Shown in pieces: positions 9,164 through 19,206 of a stretch of DNA of 35,487 nucleotides. The stretch lies in the IMG/VR virus record IMGVR_UViG_3300039039_000012; one strand, written 5' to 3'. The stretch comes from an uncultured virus (IMG/VR IMGVR_UViG_3300039039_000012). Lineage: Duplodnaviria > Heunggongvirae > Uroviricota > Caudoviricetes > Crassvirales. The position numbers were made by a program, and so were the translations under genes. Each line of letters opens with the position of its first letter. Positions within the stretch are counted from its first letter, which is position 1. The notes beneath the pieces are model-generated. The model was not told the origin of the DNA. It worked only from the letters and a program-made list of their open reading frames with translations, and did no database searches.

Positions 9164-10186
9164 AAAATATAGTTGAAGAATCATATAGTAAACTTATTAG
9201 TAAATGGGGTTCTAAAGATTATAAAGGTATTGGAACTATCCATTGTGTTCAACCTCTTGATTATTCTGAAATTATAAGTAGAATTATTACTCTTATGAGG
9301 AATAAAAATCCTAATCTTAAAATACTTATTGTTACAGATAATTGGAAAAGAAGAACAGAAATTGTTGATGGTCTTAAAAATCATAATATAAATATAGATA
9401 CTATTAATATTCTTACTCATACTTATGTTAATAGTAGATATAATTATAGTTATGATATTTCTATTGTTGTTGGAGTTAATGAATGGAATCTTTCTTGTAA
9501 TACAGTTTTTAATCATGCTAGATTTAAACTTATGATTATAACTAAAGATACTATTGATACTGCCAAACTAAAAGAAATTTATACTAATATTCCTCCTATT
9601 AATGATAATATAAGTTCTAGTGGTATTAATGCTATGCGAGCTTTACTCCCCGTAGAGGAATACAGAGAGCAAATTTTGTTTGTTAATCAAGATGATATTA
9701 CTAATTATGATAAATATACTGAGTTTATTACTCAAACTATTCAAGTATTTGGTAATCTTGATAATATTAAATGTGCTCGAAATGGTACTCAAGATGGACG
9801 TAGTGCTATGCAATATATTACAGAAATAGCTGAGTATAATGGATGGAGTAATAATATGGATATGACTAATCCTTTTAGTGAACAAATAGATAAATGTTAT
9901 AATCCTATTGTTCTTTCTGAAAGAGTTAAGACTTTCTATAATATTGTTCGTGAACGTACTCTTCTATGTTCTGATAATGTTTGTAAACTAGATAGAATTG
10001 TCGAGATTGTTAAAGATAATCCTGATAAGAAATTTATTATTATTAGTAAGAGAGGAGAATATGCTGCAACTATTACTAAATATATTAATGATAAATTAGG
10101 TGAAATATGTGGTGATTACCATGATAAGATTGATGATAAAGTTCTAGTTGATTCTAATGGTATTCCTGTTTTATACAAAAGTGGAT
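9160..10186 (+). CDS. SF2 (SNF2-like) helicase-related protein, exon 1
   Basis: follows polB as in crAss-like phages; RecA-like alpha/beta pattern; frame interrupted by a group I intron after ...LYKSG. Confidence 0.7.
9645..9661 (-). repeat. GC-rich motif copy 5 (inside helicase-like gene)
   Basis: ACTCCCCGTAGAGGAAT, translated LPVEE. Confidence 0.85.
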
Positions 10187-11015
10187 TAATTTAGGTTCAC
10201 TATAAATCTCTTTAATTGCTGGAAACTCGTGAAGATAATAGTGCTACAACATAGTTTGAAAAGACAAGTGTGAATGCTCGAAAAACTATTATTATATGAC
10301 AATCAGCAGCCAATATACTAAATAATGATGTTAATCATAATATGTATAAGGTTCATCGACTAGTCGAAAGACGTACTACTTTAAATAGTAGGAAATGGGA
10401 GAATAATAAAACTTTTATATATGGAAAATATTTTTAAAATTGTAGAAAGAAAAAGAAATCATTGGGAAGAACATAAGTATAATTCTAATAAAGATAAATA
10501 TAGAATTTGTACTTATATTCATTATTATGATAATGAAACTGTTCCTTTTTATATTGGTCAAGGAACTTTAAATAGAGCTTTCAATATGAATAGATATGAA
10601 AGAACTAATGCTTGGAATAATAAAGTAATTGATACTAATTTAGTTAATGTTGTTATTTATAAAATAGATATTTCTAAATCAGAAAGTCTTAAATATGAAC
10701 AAGAATTAATAGCTAAATATAATTCAACTAATAATTTAGTTAATTATAATACTTGTAATACTGTTAATAGTCAATTACGAATAACTAATAATATTAATAA
10801 AAAAGAAATTGCTTGTTTTAGTTTAGATGGTAAACATATTAAAACTTTTGAAAATATAAAGCAAGCTGCTTATAAATATTTTACTTCTGTTAGTATTATT
10901 AGTAAATGTATTAAAAATAATAAACCTTTTCGTGGTATTATATATTGGAAGAGAATATAAAAGTTTTATTATAAGATATAGTCAAGTTAAATATGAAAGT
11001 ATTTATGTTGTTATG
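10187..11015 (+). ncRNA. group I self-splicing intron, probably subgroup IA2 (829 nt)
   Basis: P1 AGTGGAT/GTTCACT with U-G pair; P AATTGCTGGAAA 10214; Q AATCAGCAGCC 10301; R GTTCATCGACTA 10351; P7.1 and P7.2 hairpins; P8 10404-10420/10955-10971; S AAGATATAGTC 10973; P9 GAAA loop; terminal G11015; P10 TTTAG/CTAAA. Confidence 0.92.
10421..10960 (+). CDS. intron-encoded GIY-YIG homing endonuclease with C-terminal NUMOD1-like DNA-binding domain
   Basis: TYIHY...FYIGQG..R...YEQELI; C-terminal 'FSLDGKHIKTFENIKQAA...IISKCI'; located in the P8 loop. Confidence 0.85.
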   Translation: MENIFKIVERKRNHWEEHKYNSNKDKYRICTYIHYYDNETVPFYIGQGTLNRAFNMNRYERTNAWNNKVIDTNLVNVVIYKIDISKSESLKYEQELIAKYNSTNNLVNYNTCNTVNSQLRITNNINKKEIACFSLDGKHIKTFENIKQAAYKYFTSVSIISKCIKNNKPFRGIIYWKRI

Positions 11016-11374
11016 CTAAAAAGAATACACCGAGAATCATCAAATCTAAGGCTATTTCCACGCTGAATTTGAAGGCTTTTAATGATGGCTTATTAAGAGT
11101 ATTATCCATAAAAAATAGTTCAAATACGGAGCTAGAAACAAGTGTAGACGAATGGATAATAACCTCACCATTATGCGATACAATAGATGAACTTATATAT
11201 AGATATAATGGTATTAATTGTAATCAATCAAAACTTAAAGTACATAAACTTTATATAAGTGGAACTATTGAAGGAGCTGCCTTAAAGAAAGAAAAGTTAT
11301 CACCTAATCATCAGATTATAGAAAATGTTAATTCTAACATTTGTGCTCAAAATTTTGATGATATTATTTGTTAG
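11016..11374 (+). CDS. SF2 helicase-related protein, exon 2
   Basis: joining 10186 to 11016 gives in-frame ...LYKSG-S-KKNTPRIIKSKAISTLNLKAFNDGLLRVLSIK..., 461 aa in total. Confidence 0.8.
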
Positions 11375-11397
11375 TATAAATATAATAGTTACATTTG
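11367..11397 (+). promoter_or_regulatory. Bacteroidota sigma-A type promoter
   Basis: TTTG 11367-11370, 19-nt spacer, TACATTTG 11390-11397, upstream of ATG11427. Confidence 0.8.
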
Positions 11398-11426
11398 TAG
11401 TGTAATCAAAATCGCTCTTTGATGTA

Positions 11427-12359
11427 ATGGACGAAGAAAAAGAAATTAAAGTTAATGATACTGCTATTACTACTAGTAATAATGGTATTGAAAAACACAA
11501 TGGTATTCAACATACCAATGCTGCATATCAGTTAAATTATATGAGTGAAGCTGAAATTGCAGGTCTTGAACTATTTATCAAACGTGTTATGCGTAGTGAT
11601 AAATGTGGTATTAAGTCTGTTGAAGATGGTCTTGCTATTGCAATGCGAGCTAAAGATCTTAGACTTCCATTTTCTACTTGTATTGAACATATTCATGTAG
11701 TTCAAGGTAAAACAGGTGTTGATGTCCATATTATTAAGGCATTACTTGTCAAAGGCAGCGTGAGTTGGGAAAAAATAGATGATTATCGCGCTCTGTACGA
11801 ATATACAGATGGCTTTAATGCTTATGATGAAGATAAACTTCCATCTGACTGTATTAAGTGTCTTACTCCCAAAGAGGCACAAACTAAAAATGCAGAAGAT
11901 AAAGACCATGAACATATATATGTTTATCCTGTTAAATATTATAAAGATTATAATGGTAATGTATATAAAGAATATCAACTTAATGGTAAGTTTGAAATAG
12001 CTACTAATACTACTGAAGCTAAACAAATTGCTTCTACTGGTAAAGTTCCTGTTTATAGAATACCTGCTGTTCCTATTGATTATATTACTAGTTATCGTTT
12101 TTATCGTAAAATTGGAGAACGTAATATGGTTGCTACTGGTGAGTTTACTTATAAAGATGCTATTGTTGCTGGGTGTTTTGAAAAAGATACTTATAAGAAA
12201 TATCCTAAGATAATGATTAGTCATAGAGCATTTGTTTATGGTGCTCGTGAAATTGCTAATGATTTAATTATGGGCTGTCTTAGTACAGAAGAATTAAAGA
12301 CTATGCAAGGAATTGATTTGAGTAATGAAGATATTATTGATATTACTGAAATTCAATAA
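11427..12359 (+). CDS. RecT-like single-strand annealing protein
   Basis: 'AKDLRLPFSTCIEHIHVVQGK' and 'YKKYPKIMISHRAFVYGARE...DLIMG' resemble RecT-family motifs. Confidence 0.75.
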   Translation: MDEEKEIKVNDTAITTSNNGIEKHNGIQHTNAAYQLNYMSEAEIAGLELFIKRVMRSDKCGIKSVEDGLAIAMRAKDLRLPFSTCIEHIHVVQGKTGVDVHIIKALLVKGSVSWEKIDDYRALYEYTDGFNAYDEDKLPSDCIKCLTPKEAQTKNAEDKDHEHIYVYPVKYYKDYNGNVYKEYQLNGKFEIATNTTEAKQIASTGKVPVYRIPAVPIDYITSYRFYRKIGERNMVATGEFTYKDAIVAGCFEKDTYKKYPKIMISHRAFVYGAREIANDLIMGCLSTEELKTMQGIDLSNEDIIDITEIQ

Positions 12360-12437
12360 CATAAACAAGATAGAGATTTTATTATTAAACAAAACAGTTG
12401 TAAAACTGATATTATTAACTTTTAAAATTTAAGTAAA

Positions 12438-13265
12438 ATGAAAGATTTTAGCAAAGGTTTAAGTTTTGGTATGGGTATTGTTAATGCTGGTCAAAGAGCA
12501 GTTAGTGAAGAACCTGAATTGGTAGTTGTTTCTACTCCTGGTAGTTTCCGTATGACTGCCCAAGTTTCTAAAGCTCTCGGCATTGCGCATGGTGAATATG
12601 TAATGTTCATTAATAACTGTGCTAATATTGATAACGCTATTATCAATAAAGTACCCGAAGTTGTCGCTTTCTGTGAAGAAAAAGGTTTGGATGTTGATTC
12701 TCCCGAAGCTGCTATGGCTGTTCATGCTGAATTTGATATTTGGGCTTTAGCTAAAGGTATTGCCGAACTTGATAAGAATGGTAATCCTTGTACTACTCGT
12801 ATTCGTATGACTAAGAACGATAAAATTAAGTATGTTAATACTTATTTTAATGAAACTCTTGAAGGCGCTTTAGCTTCTTCTAATGAAGAGTTAAAAGCTG
12901 TTCTTACTCGTGAAGGTATTACAGAAGATGAACAAAAAGAACTTTTGATTAGCTGCATTCAGGGTGATGAAGTTGCTAAAGTTAAAGGTTCTAAATGTGC
13001 TAATACTGCTGCTTTGTCTGGTATTGGTGTAACTCTTAACTTTACTGATTCTAACGTATGGAAACAGTTGAAGTCTAATATGACCGATGAAGAAGCTACT
13101 TCTAAGAATCGTGTTTACGCTGTTGATATTGACAATTTGCAAGAAGCTGTTGTTAATAACGGTCATAAAGATGTAGTTGTTAAGATTGCTTTGCTTACTG
13201 AATATAAAGACGAAGACCCTATTCGTATTGGTAAGAAAGGTGAAGCCGAAAAGACTGAGAAATAA
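12438..13265 (+). CDS. conserved replication-module protein of unknown function, probably abundant
   Basis: 275-aa ORF, codon usage richer in C-ending codons, followed by a terminator. Confidence 0.85.
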   Translation: MKDFSKGLSFGMGIVNAGQRAVSEEPELVVVSTPGSFRMTAQVSKALGIAHGEYVMFINNCANIDNAIINKVPEVVAFCEEKGLDVDSPEAAMAVHAEFDIWALAKGIAELDKNGNPCTTRIRMTKNDKIKYVNTYFNETLEGALASSNEELKAVLTREGITEDEQKELLISCIQGDEVAKVKGSKCANTAALSGIGVTLNFTDSNVWKQLKSNMTDEEATSKNRVYAVDIDNLQEAVVNNGHKDVVVKIALLTEYKDEDPIRIGKKGEAEKTEK

Positions 13266-13301
13266 TAAATCTTCGTCCTAATATTATAGTATTTTGAACA
13301 T

Positions 13302-13345
13302 AGAGCCGTATTATTAGTAAATCTAATGATGCGGCTTTTATTTTA
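13302..13345 (+). terminator. intrinsic terminator
   Basis: AGAGCCGTATTATTAG-TAAAT-CTAATGATGCGGCTTT then TATTTT. Confidence 0.75.
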
Positions 13346-13373
13346 TCTAATAATTCTTTTAATTACTTTAATT

Positions 13374-14393
13374 ATGTCGACAGAAAAAGAAATTAAGAAT
13401 GAAGCTGCTGTTGCAGCAAGTGCTGAACAAACTGCTAATGCAGAAGTACAAACACCTAAGAAACGTAAAGGTAGAGGTATTAATAATGAATTACGTGATG
13501 TAACTCGTAAGAAATTTGATGAACGTACTGATTGTAATAAAGCTAATGGTTTATTCATTGGACATCTTGAAGATGTTAAAGTTGATTGGGCTACATTGAA
13601 AGATGATGTTCAAGGTATGCCTTCATTTGCTGGTATGAGTATTCCTTATCTTACATTTACTTTTGCTAGTAATCATGAAAATATTAACGAGCGTCGTTAT
13701 GTAACTCAACGTCTTCTTCCTGCTGAAAGTAATGTTGAAACTATTCCTGGAGCTAAAAGTGCTTGGAAAGTTGATAACATCTTCCGTTTTATGAAACATA
13801 TTTATAATGTTTTTGTTCTTAAAGGACGTGATTTAACAGAAGAAGAAATTGATGCTCTTACTCTGCCTTTTGAAGACTTTGATGAAAACATGCAATATGT
13901 TCCTGTTGAACCTGAAGAAGTTATTGCTGGTTATAAAATTGTATTTGAGAATTATGTTAAGTTACTTAATAATAATGGTAAACCGGTTTATAAAGATGCC
14001 AAAGGTAAGCCTATTACTATTTGGATGAAACTTCTTCGATTCATTAAGAATGATGGTAAATGGCGTGCTGTTGTTGGAAGTAAATCTTCATTTGGTGATT
14101 TAGGATTTCCTACATTTATCAACGATGGAGTAATTGAACTTTATAAAGAACAAACTGCTCCTAGTCTTCACATTGACCCTTATAAGGAAAGTATAGTTTA
14201 TAAGCAATCTGCTGAACAAGCTAAACAACCTAATGTTGCAATGCCTGGTGTTAATGTTATGCCTGGTGTTCAACCTGCTTCTCCTATGAATCCTGTTGGT
14301 GGATTTAATGATAACGCAGGTTTCAGTCCTTTTGGTGGTGGAGATGATGCTGCTGGTGCTTTTGTTAATCCAACAAGCGATTTACCATTCTAA
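13374..14393 (+). CDS. ssb: putative single-stranded DNA-binding protein
   Basis: ATG13374 (MSTEKEIK); flexible Pro/Gly-rich tail ending in the SSB-type C-terminus SDLPF; upstream of primase. Confidence 0.65.
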   Translation: MSTEKEIKNEAAVAASAEQTANAEVQTPKKRKGRGINNELRDVTRKKFDERTDCNKANGLFIGHLEDVKVDWATLKDDVQGMPSFAGMSIPYLTFTFASNHENINERRYVTQRLLPAESNVETIPGAKSAWKVDNIFRFMKHIYNVFVLKGRDLTEEEIDALTLPFEDFDENMQYVPVEPEEVIAGYKIVFENYVKLLNNNGKPVYKDAKGKPITIWMKLLRFIKNDGKWRAVVGSKSSFGDLGFPTFINDGVIELYKEQTAPSLHIDPYKESIVYKQSAEQAKQPNVAMPGVNVMPGVQPASPMNPVGGFNDNAGFSPFGGGDDAAGAFVNPTSDLPF

Positions 14394-14422
14394 AAATTAA
14401 AGTTAGTTAAATAGTTGTATAT

Positions 14423-14464
14423 AAGAGGATTAGGTACTAATTTAGTGCCTAATCCTCTTTTTTT
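14423..14464 (+). terminator. intrinsic terminator
   Basis: AAGAGGATTAGGTACTAA-T-TTAGTGCCTAATCCTCTT followed by a T-run. Confidence 0.85.
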
Positions 14465-14498
14465 ATATGTTCACGATAAAGGTCAAATTAAGTATATT

Positions 14499-15710
14499 AT
14501 GAAAAGAAATATTGGAAATACTATTTTAACTAAAGATTATATTTTCTCTAAAGTTAGTCAAATAACTATTTTTAGTACCTATACTGGAATTAGTGTTGAA
14601 GATATTCAACATTGTATAGATACTGGAGAATTTATATCTAGTCCTTTTCGTGAAGATACTCATCCTAGTTTTGGTTTTAGATATGATAATAGAAATAAAC
14701 TTAAAGGAAGAGATTTTGCTGGATATTGGTGGGGAGATTGTATAGATGCTGCTGCAACTGTTCTCTCTGAGATTGTTCATAAGCAAATTGATATTTCTAT
14801 TAAGAGTCAATTTCTATTTGTTCTTAAACATATTGCTTATACTTTTAGAAATATTATTTATGGACAAGACAAAGATGAAAACAACGATAGTAGTATTTCT
14901 AGGGCTATTAGTAATGTACGTAATCATAAACCTATTATTGAACTTGTTACTCGTCCGTGGAATAATTTAGACGCTAAGTATTGGGGACAATTTGGTATTA
15001 GTCTTAATTTTCTTAATACTCATTTTGTTTATCCTGTTGAACAATTTTATATTAATCGTTCTACTAATCCTATTCCTAAATATTTTTATGATAAAGATAA
15101 GACTGATTTATGTTATGGTTATGTGCTTGGACAAGATAATAGAGGTATAGTTAATGTTAAACTCTATTTTCCTAATAGAAATAAGAAAACTGAAGTTAAG
15201 TTTATTACAAATAGTAATACTATTGAGGGAGTTATTAATCTTGAATTAGATAGATATGATGCTATTATTATTACTAAATCTACTAAAGATAGATTAAGTC
15301 TTGAAAGTTATATAAAGAATTATAGCCATTCCATCCTCCACGGGGGGTCTACACTGGAAACTAAGTATATTGGTGTTGTTAATATTCCGCATGAAACTTA
15401 TAAACTTCGTCAAATTGAATATGATTGGCTTCGTAGTAAACTTACTAGAAATGGTTTTCTAATCAGTCTTATGGATAATGATAGAACAGGTCTTATGGAA
15501 GCTGTTATTCTTAAGAATGATTATGATATTATACCTATTATTATTCCTAAAGAACTTGGTGTTAAAGATTTTGCTGAATTAAGAAGTAGTTATTCTATAA
15601 ATGTTATTAATGAATTAACTCAACAAGTTGTTAAATATATAGAAGATAATTATGGAGAAGAAACTGAATTTACTTGGAATACGGAAGAAAGTGATACTTT
15701 ACCATACTAA
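14499..15710 (+). CDS. DnaG-like DNA primase
   Basis: ATG14499; N-terminal SPFREDTHPSFGF...DFAG..GDC; TOPRIM 'IITKSTKD', 'MDNDRTG', 'KDFAE'. Confidence 0.85.
   Translation: MKRNIGNTILTKDYIFSKVSQITIFSTYTGISVEDIQHCIDTGEFISSPFREDTHPSFGFRYDNRNKLKGRDFAGYWWGDCIDAAATVLSEIVHKQIDISIKSQFLFVLKHIAYTFRNIIYGQDKDENNDSSISRAISNVRNHKPIIELVTRPWNNLDAKYWGQFGISLNFLNTHFVYPVEQFYINRSTNPIPKYFYDKDKTDLCYGYVLGQDNRGIVNVKLYFPNRNKKTEVKFITNSNTIEGVINLELDRYDAIIITKSTKDRLSLESYIKNYSHSILHGGSTLETKYIGVVNIPHETYKLRQIEYDWLRSKLTRNGFLISLMDNDRTGLMEAVILKNDYDIIPIIIPKELGVKDFAELRSSYSINVINELTQQVVKYIEDNYGEETEFTWNTEESDTLPY
15332..15348 (+). repeat. GC-rich motif copy 6 (inside primase)
   Basis: CATCCTCCACGGGGGGT, translated ILHGGS. Confidence 0.9.
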
Positions 15711-16080
15711 AAGTTTAGTTGGTATTACTTATACCGTAATGCGTCCTATTACTGAAGAAGATGAAAAGAATATTGATAAGCTAGAATATCTTGATATAGA
15801 TAATAGACATATTGATAAAAAAGATATTTATTGCTATGGAGAAATTAATTTATCTTCTGATGATGATATTCAATATCTCAAAAAGTTTAACTTACTTGAT
15901 ACTGATAATGGTGGAATTATTCATAGTAATTTTAATTATCAAGAAGGTTATGCAGTTATTGAAACAGTAGCTAAAACTTATCCTACTTTTGATGCTATTG
16001 AATGGTTTAAATATAATCATTGTCTTATTGGTAAACCTGCTCGTATTATTATTTATAAATGTAAGAAAGAAGATTTATGA
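15652..16080 (+). CDS. hypothetical protein
   Basis: 142-aa ORF overlapping the primase end; start uncertain. Confidence 0.8.
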   Translation: MEKKLNLLGIRKKVILYHTKSLVGITYTVMRPITEEDEKNIDKLEYLDIDNRHIDKKDIYCYGEINLSSDDDIQYLKKFNLLDTDNGGIIHSNFNYQEGYAVIETVAKTYPTFDAIEWFKYNHCLIGKPARIIIYKCKKEDL

Positions 16081-16637
16081 TAATAAAAGGATACGAAGAA
16101 AAGTTAGATGGTATGTATATTAGATATATTAATCATCTAATTAATAAAAGTAATGCACATGGTGCAATTGAATATTTTATTAAAGATTTAGATTGTACTA
16201 CTATTTATGATGATGGTTCTCGTCCTAGACAAACTATTAATTATGGTTATCGTATTGCTATTTCTAGTATTGAATATATTCTTGACCAATTATATCTTGT
16301 TTTAGAAGAACATCCTGAAAAAGCTCAAGATTATATTGATTATCGTAATAATATTATTAAAAAAGTTATTAATATACATGAAAAGAATATTGATTTCGAG
16401 AGAAGAAACCCAGTACGATATTATACTAAAGAATCAAGGAAAAGGACTAGAAGTTCTAGCAGAGTTAATACAGCAAAAGACATCTTTACAAATAACGCCA
16501 TTGATGTTAGCACCGGTGTTGCAAAGGCTGTTAAGTCTAAAAAGGAAACGGTTGCTCAGCGTAAAGCTAAACTTCTAGGAGGAAAAGCTGTTAGTTTTGC
16601 ATTTAGTGGTTTAAAAATAAGTGAAAACAATGAATAA
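16077..16637 (+). CDS. hypothetical protein, basic C-terminus
   Basis: 186-aa ORF, ATGA overlap with the upstream gene. Confidence 0.8.
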   Translation: MIIKGYEEKLDGMYIRYINHLINKSNAHGAIEYFIKDLDCTTIYDDGSRPRQTINYGYRIAISSIEYILDQLYLVLEEHPEKAQDYIDYRNNIIKKVINIHEKNIDFERRNPVRYYTKESRKRTRSSSRVNTAKDIFTNNAIDVSTGVAKAVKSKKETVAQRKAKLLGGKAVSFAFSGLKISENNE

Positions 16638-17826
16638 ACTTTATCGTAGAAATAATAATGGTGCTCCTACTGTTTGGTGGGCAGAACTTGACAGTGGTAC
16701 TAATAGTATCACTGTTTTTTATGGTCTTATTAAAGGTAACATTCGTAAAGAGATTTATACTGTTACTCAAAAAGATGGTAATAAAGAACTTCAAAGTAGA
16801 TATAATGATAAGATTAAACAAGGTTATAAATATCTTGTAGAGATATGTGATATGAATGATAGACCCCCCGTGGAGGATGTAAGTAGTCTTGAACTATATA
16901 ACTTTCTCAACATTTATCTACCTAAAGAACTTACTAATGGAAATAGTGGTCTTCTACTTCCAATGCTTGCTAAAACGTATAGCAGTAATGTTTGGAAAAA
17001 AGTCGCTTATATGCTTGGTCAGTATAAGATTAATGGTCTTCGTTGTATTATTACTGCTTATGCTCAAAATGATATGTTCAAACCTACCAGACTTCGTTTC
17101 CAAAGTCGTGAAGGTATTACTTGGCATACTCTTGGCTATCTTGAAGATTATCTTCTTTCTGTTATTCCTACAGATGTTATCGGAGATATGATTGATGGAT
17201 ATGTAGCTCTTGATGGTGAAATTTATCTTCCTGGTCATTCAATAAATGAAATTAATCATTTTGTTAAAGACCCTAATTGTCTTGAAAATAAACTTCTTCA
17301 ATTTTGGTGTTATGATATTATGATGGAAGGTAATCAAACAAATAGAAATTGTTATAGATATCATATACATATACCTACTCCATTTGTTGATATTAATACC
17401 CATCTTAATAATAAAGAGCGACTCATTATTCTTCCTCATAGAATTGTTAGTACTGATAATGAAGCTATTGAAGCTAGAAATCATTATATTAATATAGGTT
17501 TTGAAGGTCTTATATTACGTAATCCAGATACTGATTATCAATACGGTCGTCGTAGAGTTAATTATATGGAAAAGTTTAAAGATACTGCTGAAGGAGATTT
17601 TGTTATTATTGATATTTATAAAGAAGAGAAGCGAGATTTACCTATTCTTCTTTGTAGAAATGATATTAATAATGAAACTTTTGAAACTAGATTAAGTTCT
17701 CCACATTCTGTTCAACGTGATGTTTTATATAATAAAGAAAAATTTATTGGAAAAACTGTTCATATACATTATGGCGAAAGAAGTGGAATTAGTAGAGTTC
17801 CGTTTCATATAAAAAGTGTTGTTTAA
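16621..17826 (+). CDS. lig: ATP-dependent DNA ligase with N-terminal WGR-like domain
   Basis: motif I KINGLR, III LDGEIY, IIIa CYDI, IV EGLILR, V EKFK; start may be ATG16630. Confidence 0.9.
   Translation: MKTMNKLYRRNNNGAPTVWWAELDSGTNSITVFYGLIKGNIRKEIYTVTQKDGNKELQSRYNDKIKQGYKYLVEICDMNDRPPVEDVSSLELYNFLNIYLPKELTNGNSGLLLPMLAKTYSSNVWKKVAYMLGQYKINGLRCIITAYAQNDMFKPTRLRFQSREGITWHTLGYLEDYLLSVIPTDVIGDMIDGYVALDGEIYLPGHSINEINHFVKDPNCLENKLLQFWCYDIMMEGNQTNRNCYRYHIHIPTPFVDINTHLNNKERLIILPHRIVSTDNEAIEARNHYINIGFEGLILRNPDTDYQYGRRRVNYMEKFKDTAEGDFVIIDIYKEEKRDLPILLCRNDINNETFETRLSSPHSVQRDVLYNKEKFIGKTVHIHYGERSGISRVPFHIKSVV
16863..16879 (-). repeat. GC-rich motif copy 7 (inside ligase)
   Basis: ACCCCCCGTGGAGGATG, translated PPVED. 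Confidence 0.9.
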
Positions 17827-18210
17827 ATGGAAATACTTGATTATAATATAATTAAAAATCATAGTTTAGATAGAACTAAATCTTACTTTAGTTATTATTA
17901 TAAATCTATTATTCTATTTACTGATTATGATGCTAAAAGTTATAATTTTGCTACTAGATATAATGATATAACTAAAAAGAATGAACTTTATGTAATTCTA
18001 TATAAAGATAAAGTTTCTAATGGTGGTGTTCCTCTTATTAGAGATGCTAATACAGGATTTAAGTTATTTCTTTCTAGTAATATTATTAATACTCTAGATA
18101 AAAGATTATATACTAAGTTTGTTGCTAGTAAATGTGATTTTAATATTAATGTTAAATTTGTAGAAGAACGTGATGATTTTTGTATTATTTATAATATAGA
18201 TATTGATTAA
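17827..18210 (+). CDS. hypothetical protein
   Basis: 127-aa ORF abutting the ligase stop. Confidence 0.8.
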   Translation: MEILDYNIIKNHSLDRTKSYFSYYYKSIILFTDYDAKSYNFATRYNDITKKNELYVILYKDKVSNGGVPLIRDANTGFKLFLSSNIINTLDKRLYTKFVASKCDFNINVKFVEERDDFCIIYNIDID

Positions 18211-18213
18211 GTT

Positions 18214-18252
18214 AAACCTAGTGCTCATATCGAGTGCTAGGTTTTCTTGTTT
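18214..18252 (+). terminator. intrinsic terminator
   Basis: AAACCTAGTGCTC-ATATC-GAGTGCTAGGTTT then TCTTGTTT. Confidence 0.75.
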
Positions 18253-18295
18253 CAGACTGGATGTAAAATGATACATAACACGCTCGTAGATATGA

Positions 18296-18378
18296 TTCTT
18301 TTTGCCTACATTGAATTTTATATATCAAAATGAAGAATCTATCACGATTCAATTTGCGTGGCATTGTGAGCTTTAAAA
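18296..18378. repeat. intergenic hairpin element, copy B (right arm degenerate)
   Basis: TTCTTTTTGCCTACATTGAATTTT-N16-AATCTATCACG...GCTTTAAAA. Confidence 0.75.
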
Positions 18379-18450
18379 TGCGTAATTCTTACTATTATAT
18401 TCAGCATCAAATTTATCATTAAGTTTACTAGTAAATTCCTATTATATTTT

Positions 18451-18458
18451 TATATTTG
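18451..18458 (+). promoter_or_regulatory. possible -7 promoter element
   Basis: TATATTTG upstream of ATG18484; no well-spaced -33 TTTG. Confidence 0.5.
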
Positions 18459-18483
18459 TGCTGATAAAAAAAAACAAATTATT

Positions 18484-19206
18484 ATGAATCTTAATAAACC
18501 TAGTCTTATTGGTATTAAAGGATTTAAAGGAAGTGGTAAAGATACTGTTGCTTCTATGATTAGTTATATCCTTTATGTTGGTACTACCAAAGCTAATTTT
18601 GATAGTTGGCATGTTCAACATCAAGCAGATATTGTTAGTAATAGTGAAATTATAATTCATTTTGCTGATAAACTTAAAGATGATATTACTGATTTATGTG
18701 GTATTAATCGTTGTTTATTAGATAATAGACTTATTAAAGAAACCCATTATTATAATTTTGCAACTGGAATTGTTTCTATGAATACTAAAGATTCTTACCA
18801 TGTTATTGATGAAGTACCTACAAATTTATCTCATTTATTAGCATTAAATGGTAATAATGTTAGTATTAAAATTCGTACCCTTCTTCAATATTATGGTACT
18901 GAAGTTATTAGAAATAAGTTTTGGCAAGAAGCTTTTATTCGTTATACAATTAATAAAGCATTTGGTGTTATACATAAAGAGGGACGTTGTATAATAGCTG
19001 ATGTTAGATTTGATAATGAATGTGAAGCTATTAAAAAATATGGAGGAGTTATAATAAGAATAGACAGAAAAGTTAATGAAAGTAATAACAACCATGAAAG
19101 TGAGAAAATAAAGATTTCTCAAGATGAATATGTTATTACAAATAATGCTACTCTTATGGGATTATTTTATAAAGTTCTTGGTTTTGTAGTTAATAATATT
19201 GTATGA
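18484..19206 (+). CDS. deoxynucleoside monophosphate kinase
   Basis: GIKGFKGSGKDT, FADKLK, RTLLQYYGTE, IADVRFDNE, HESE. Confidence 0.9.
   Translation: MNLNKPSLIGIKGFKGSGKDTVASMISYILYVGTTKANFDSWHVQHQADIVSNSEIIIHFADKLKDDITDLCGINRCLLDNRLIKETHYYNFATGIVSMNTKDSYHVIDEVPTNLSHLLALNGNNVSIKIRTLLQYYGTEVIRNKFWQEAFIRYTINKAFGVIHKEGRCIIADVRFDNECEAIKKYGGVIIRIDRKVNESNNNHESEKIKISQDEYVITNNATLMGLFYKVLGFVVNNIV

Noticed and set aside
10194..11069. Helicase-like gene as a pseudogene or as two separate genes
   Set aside because: Group I intron structure restores a continuous frame
14415..14498. ORF-track N-terminal extensions of primase (also of ssb at 13326 and the ORFs at 1277, 22032 and 25639)
   Set aside because: They run through terminator hairpins or repeat elements; downstream ATGs with AT-rich leaders are better starts, and the 25639 ORF is probably spurious
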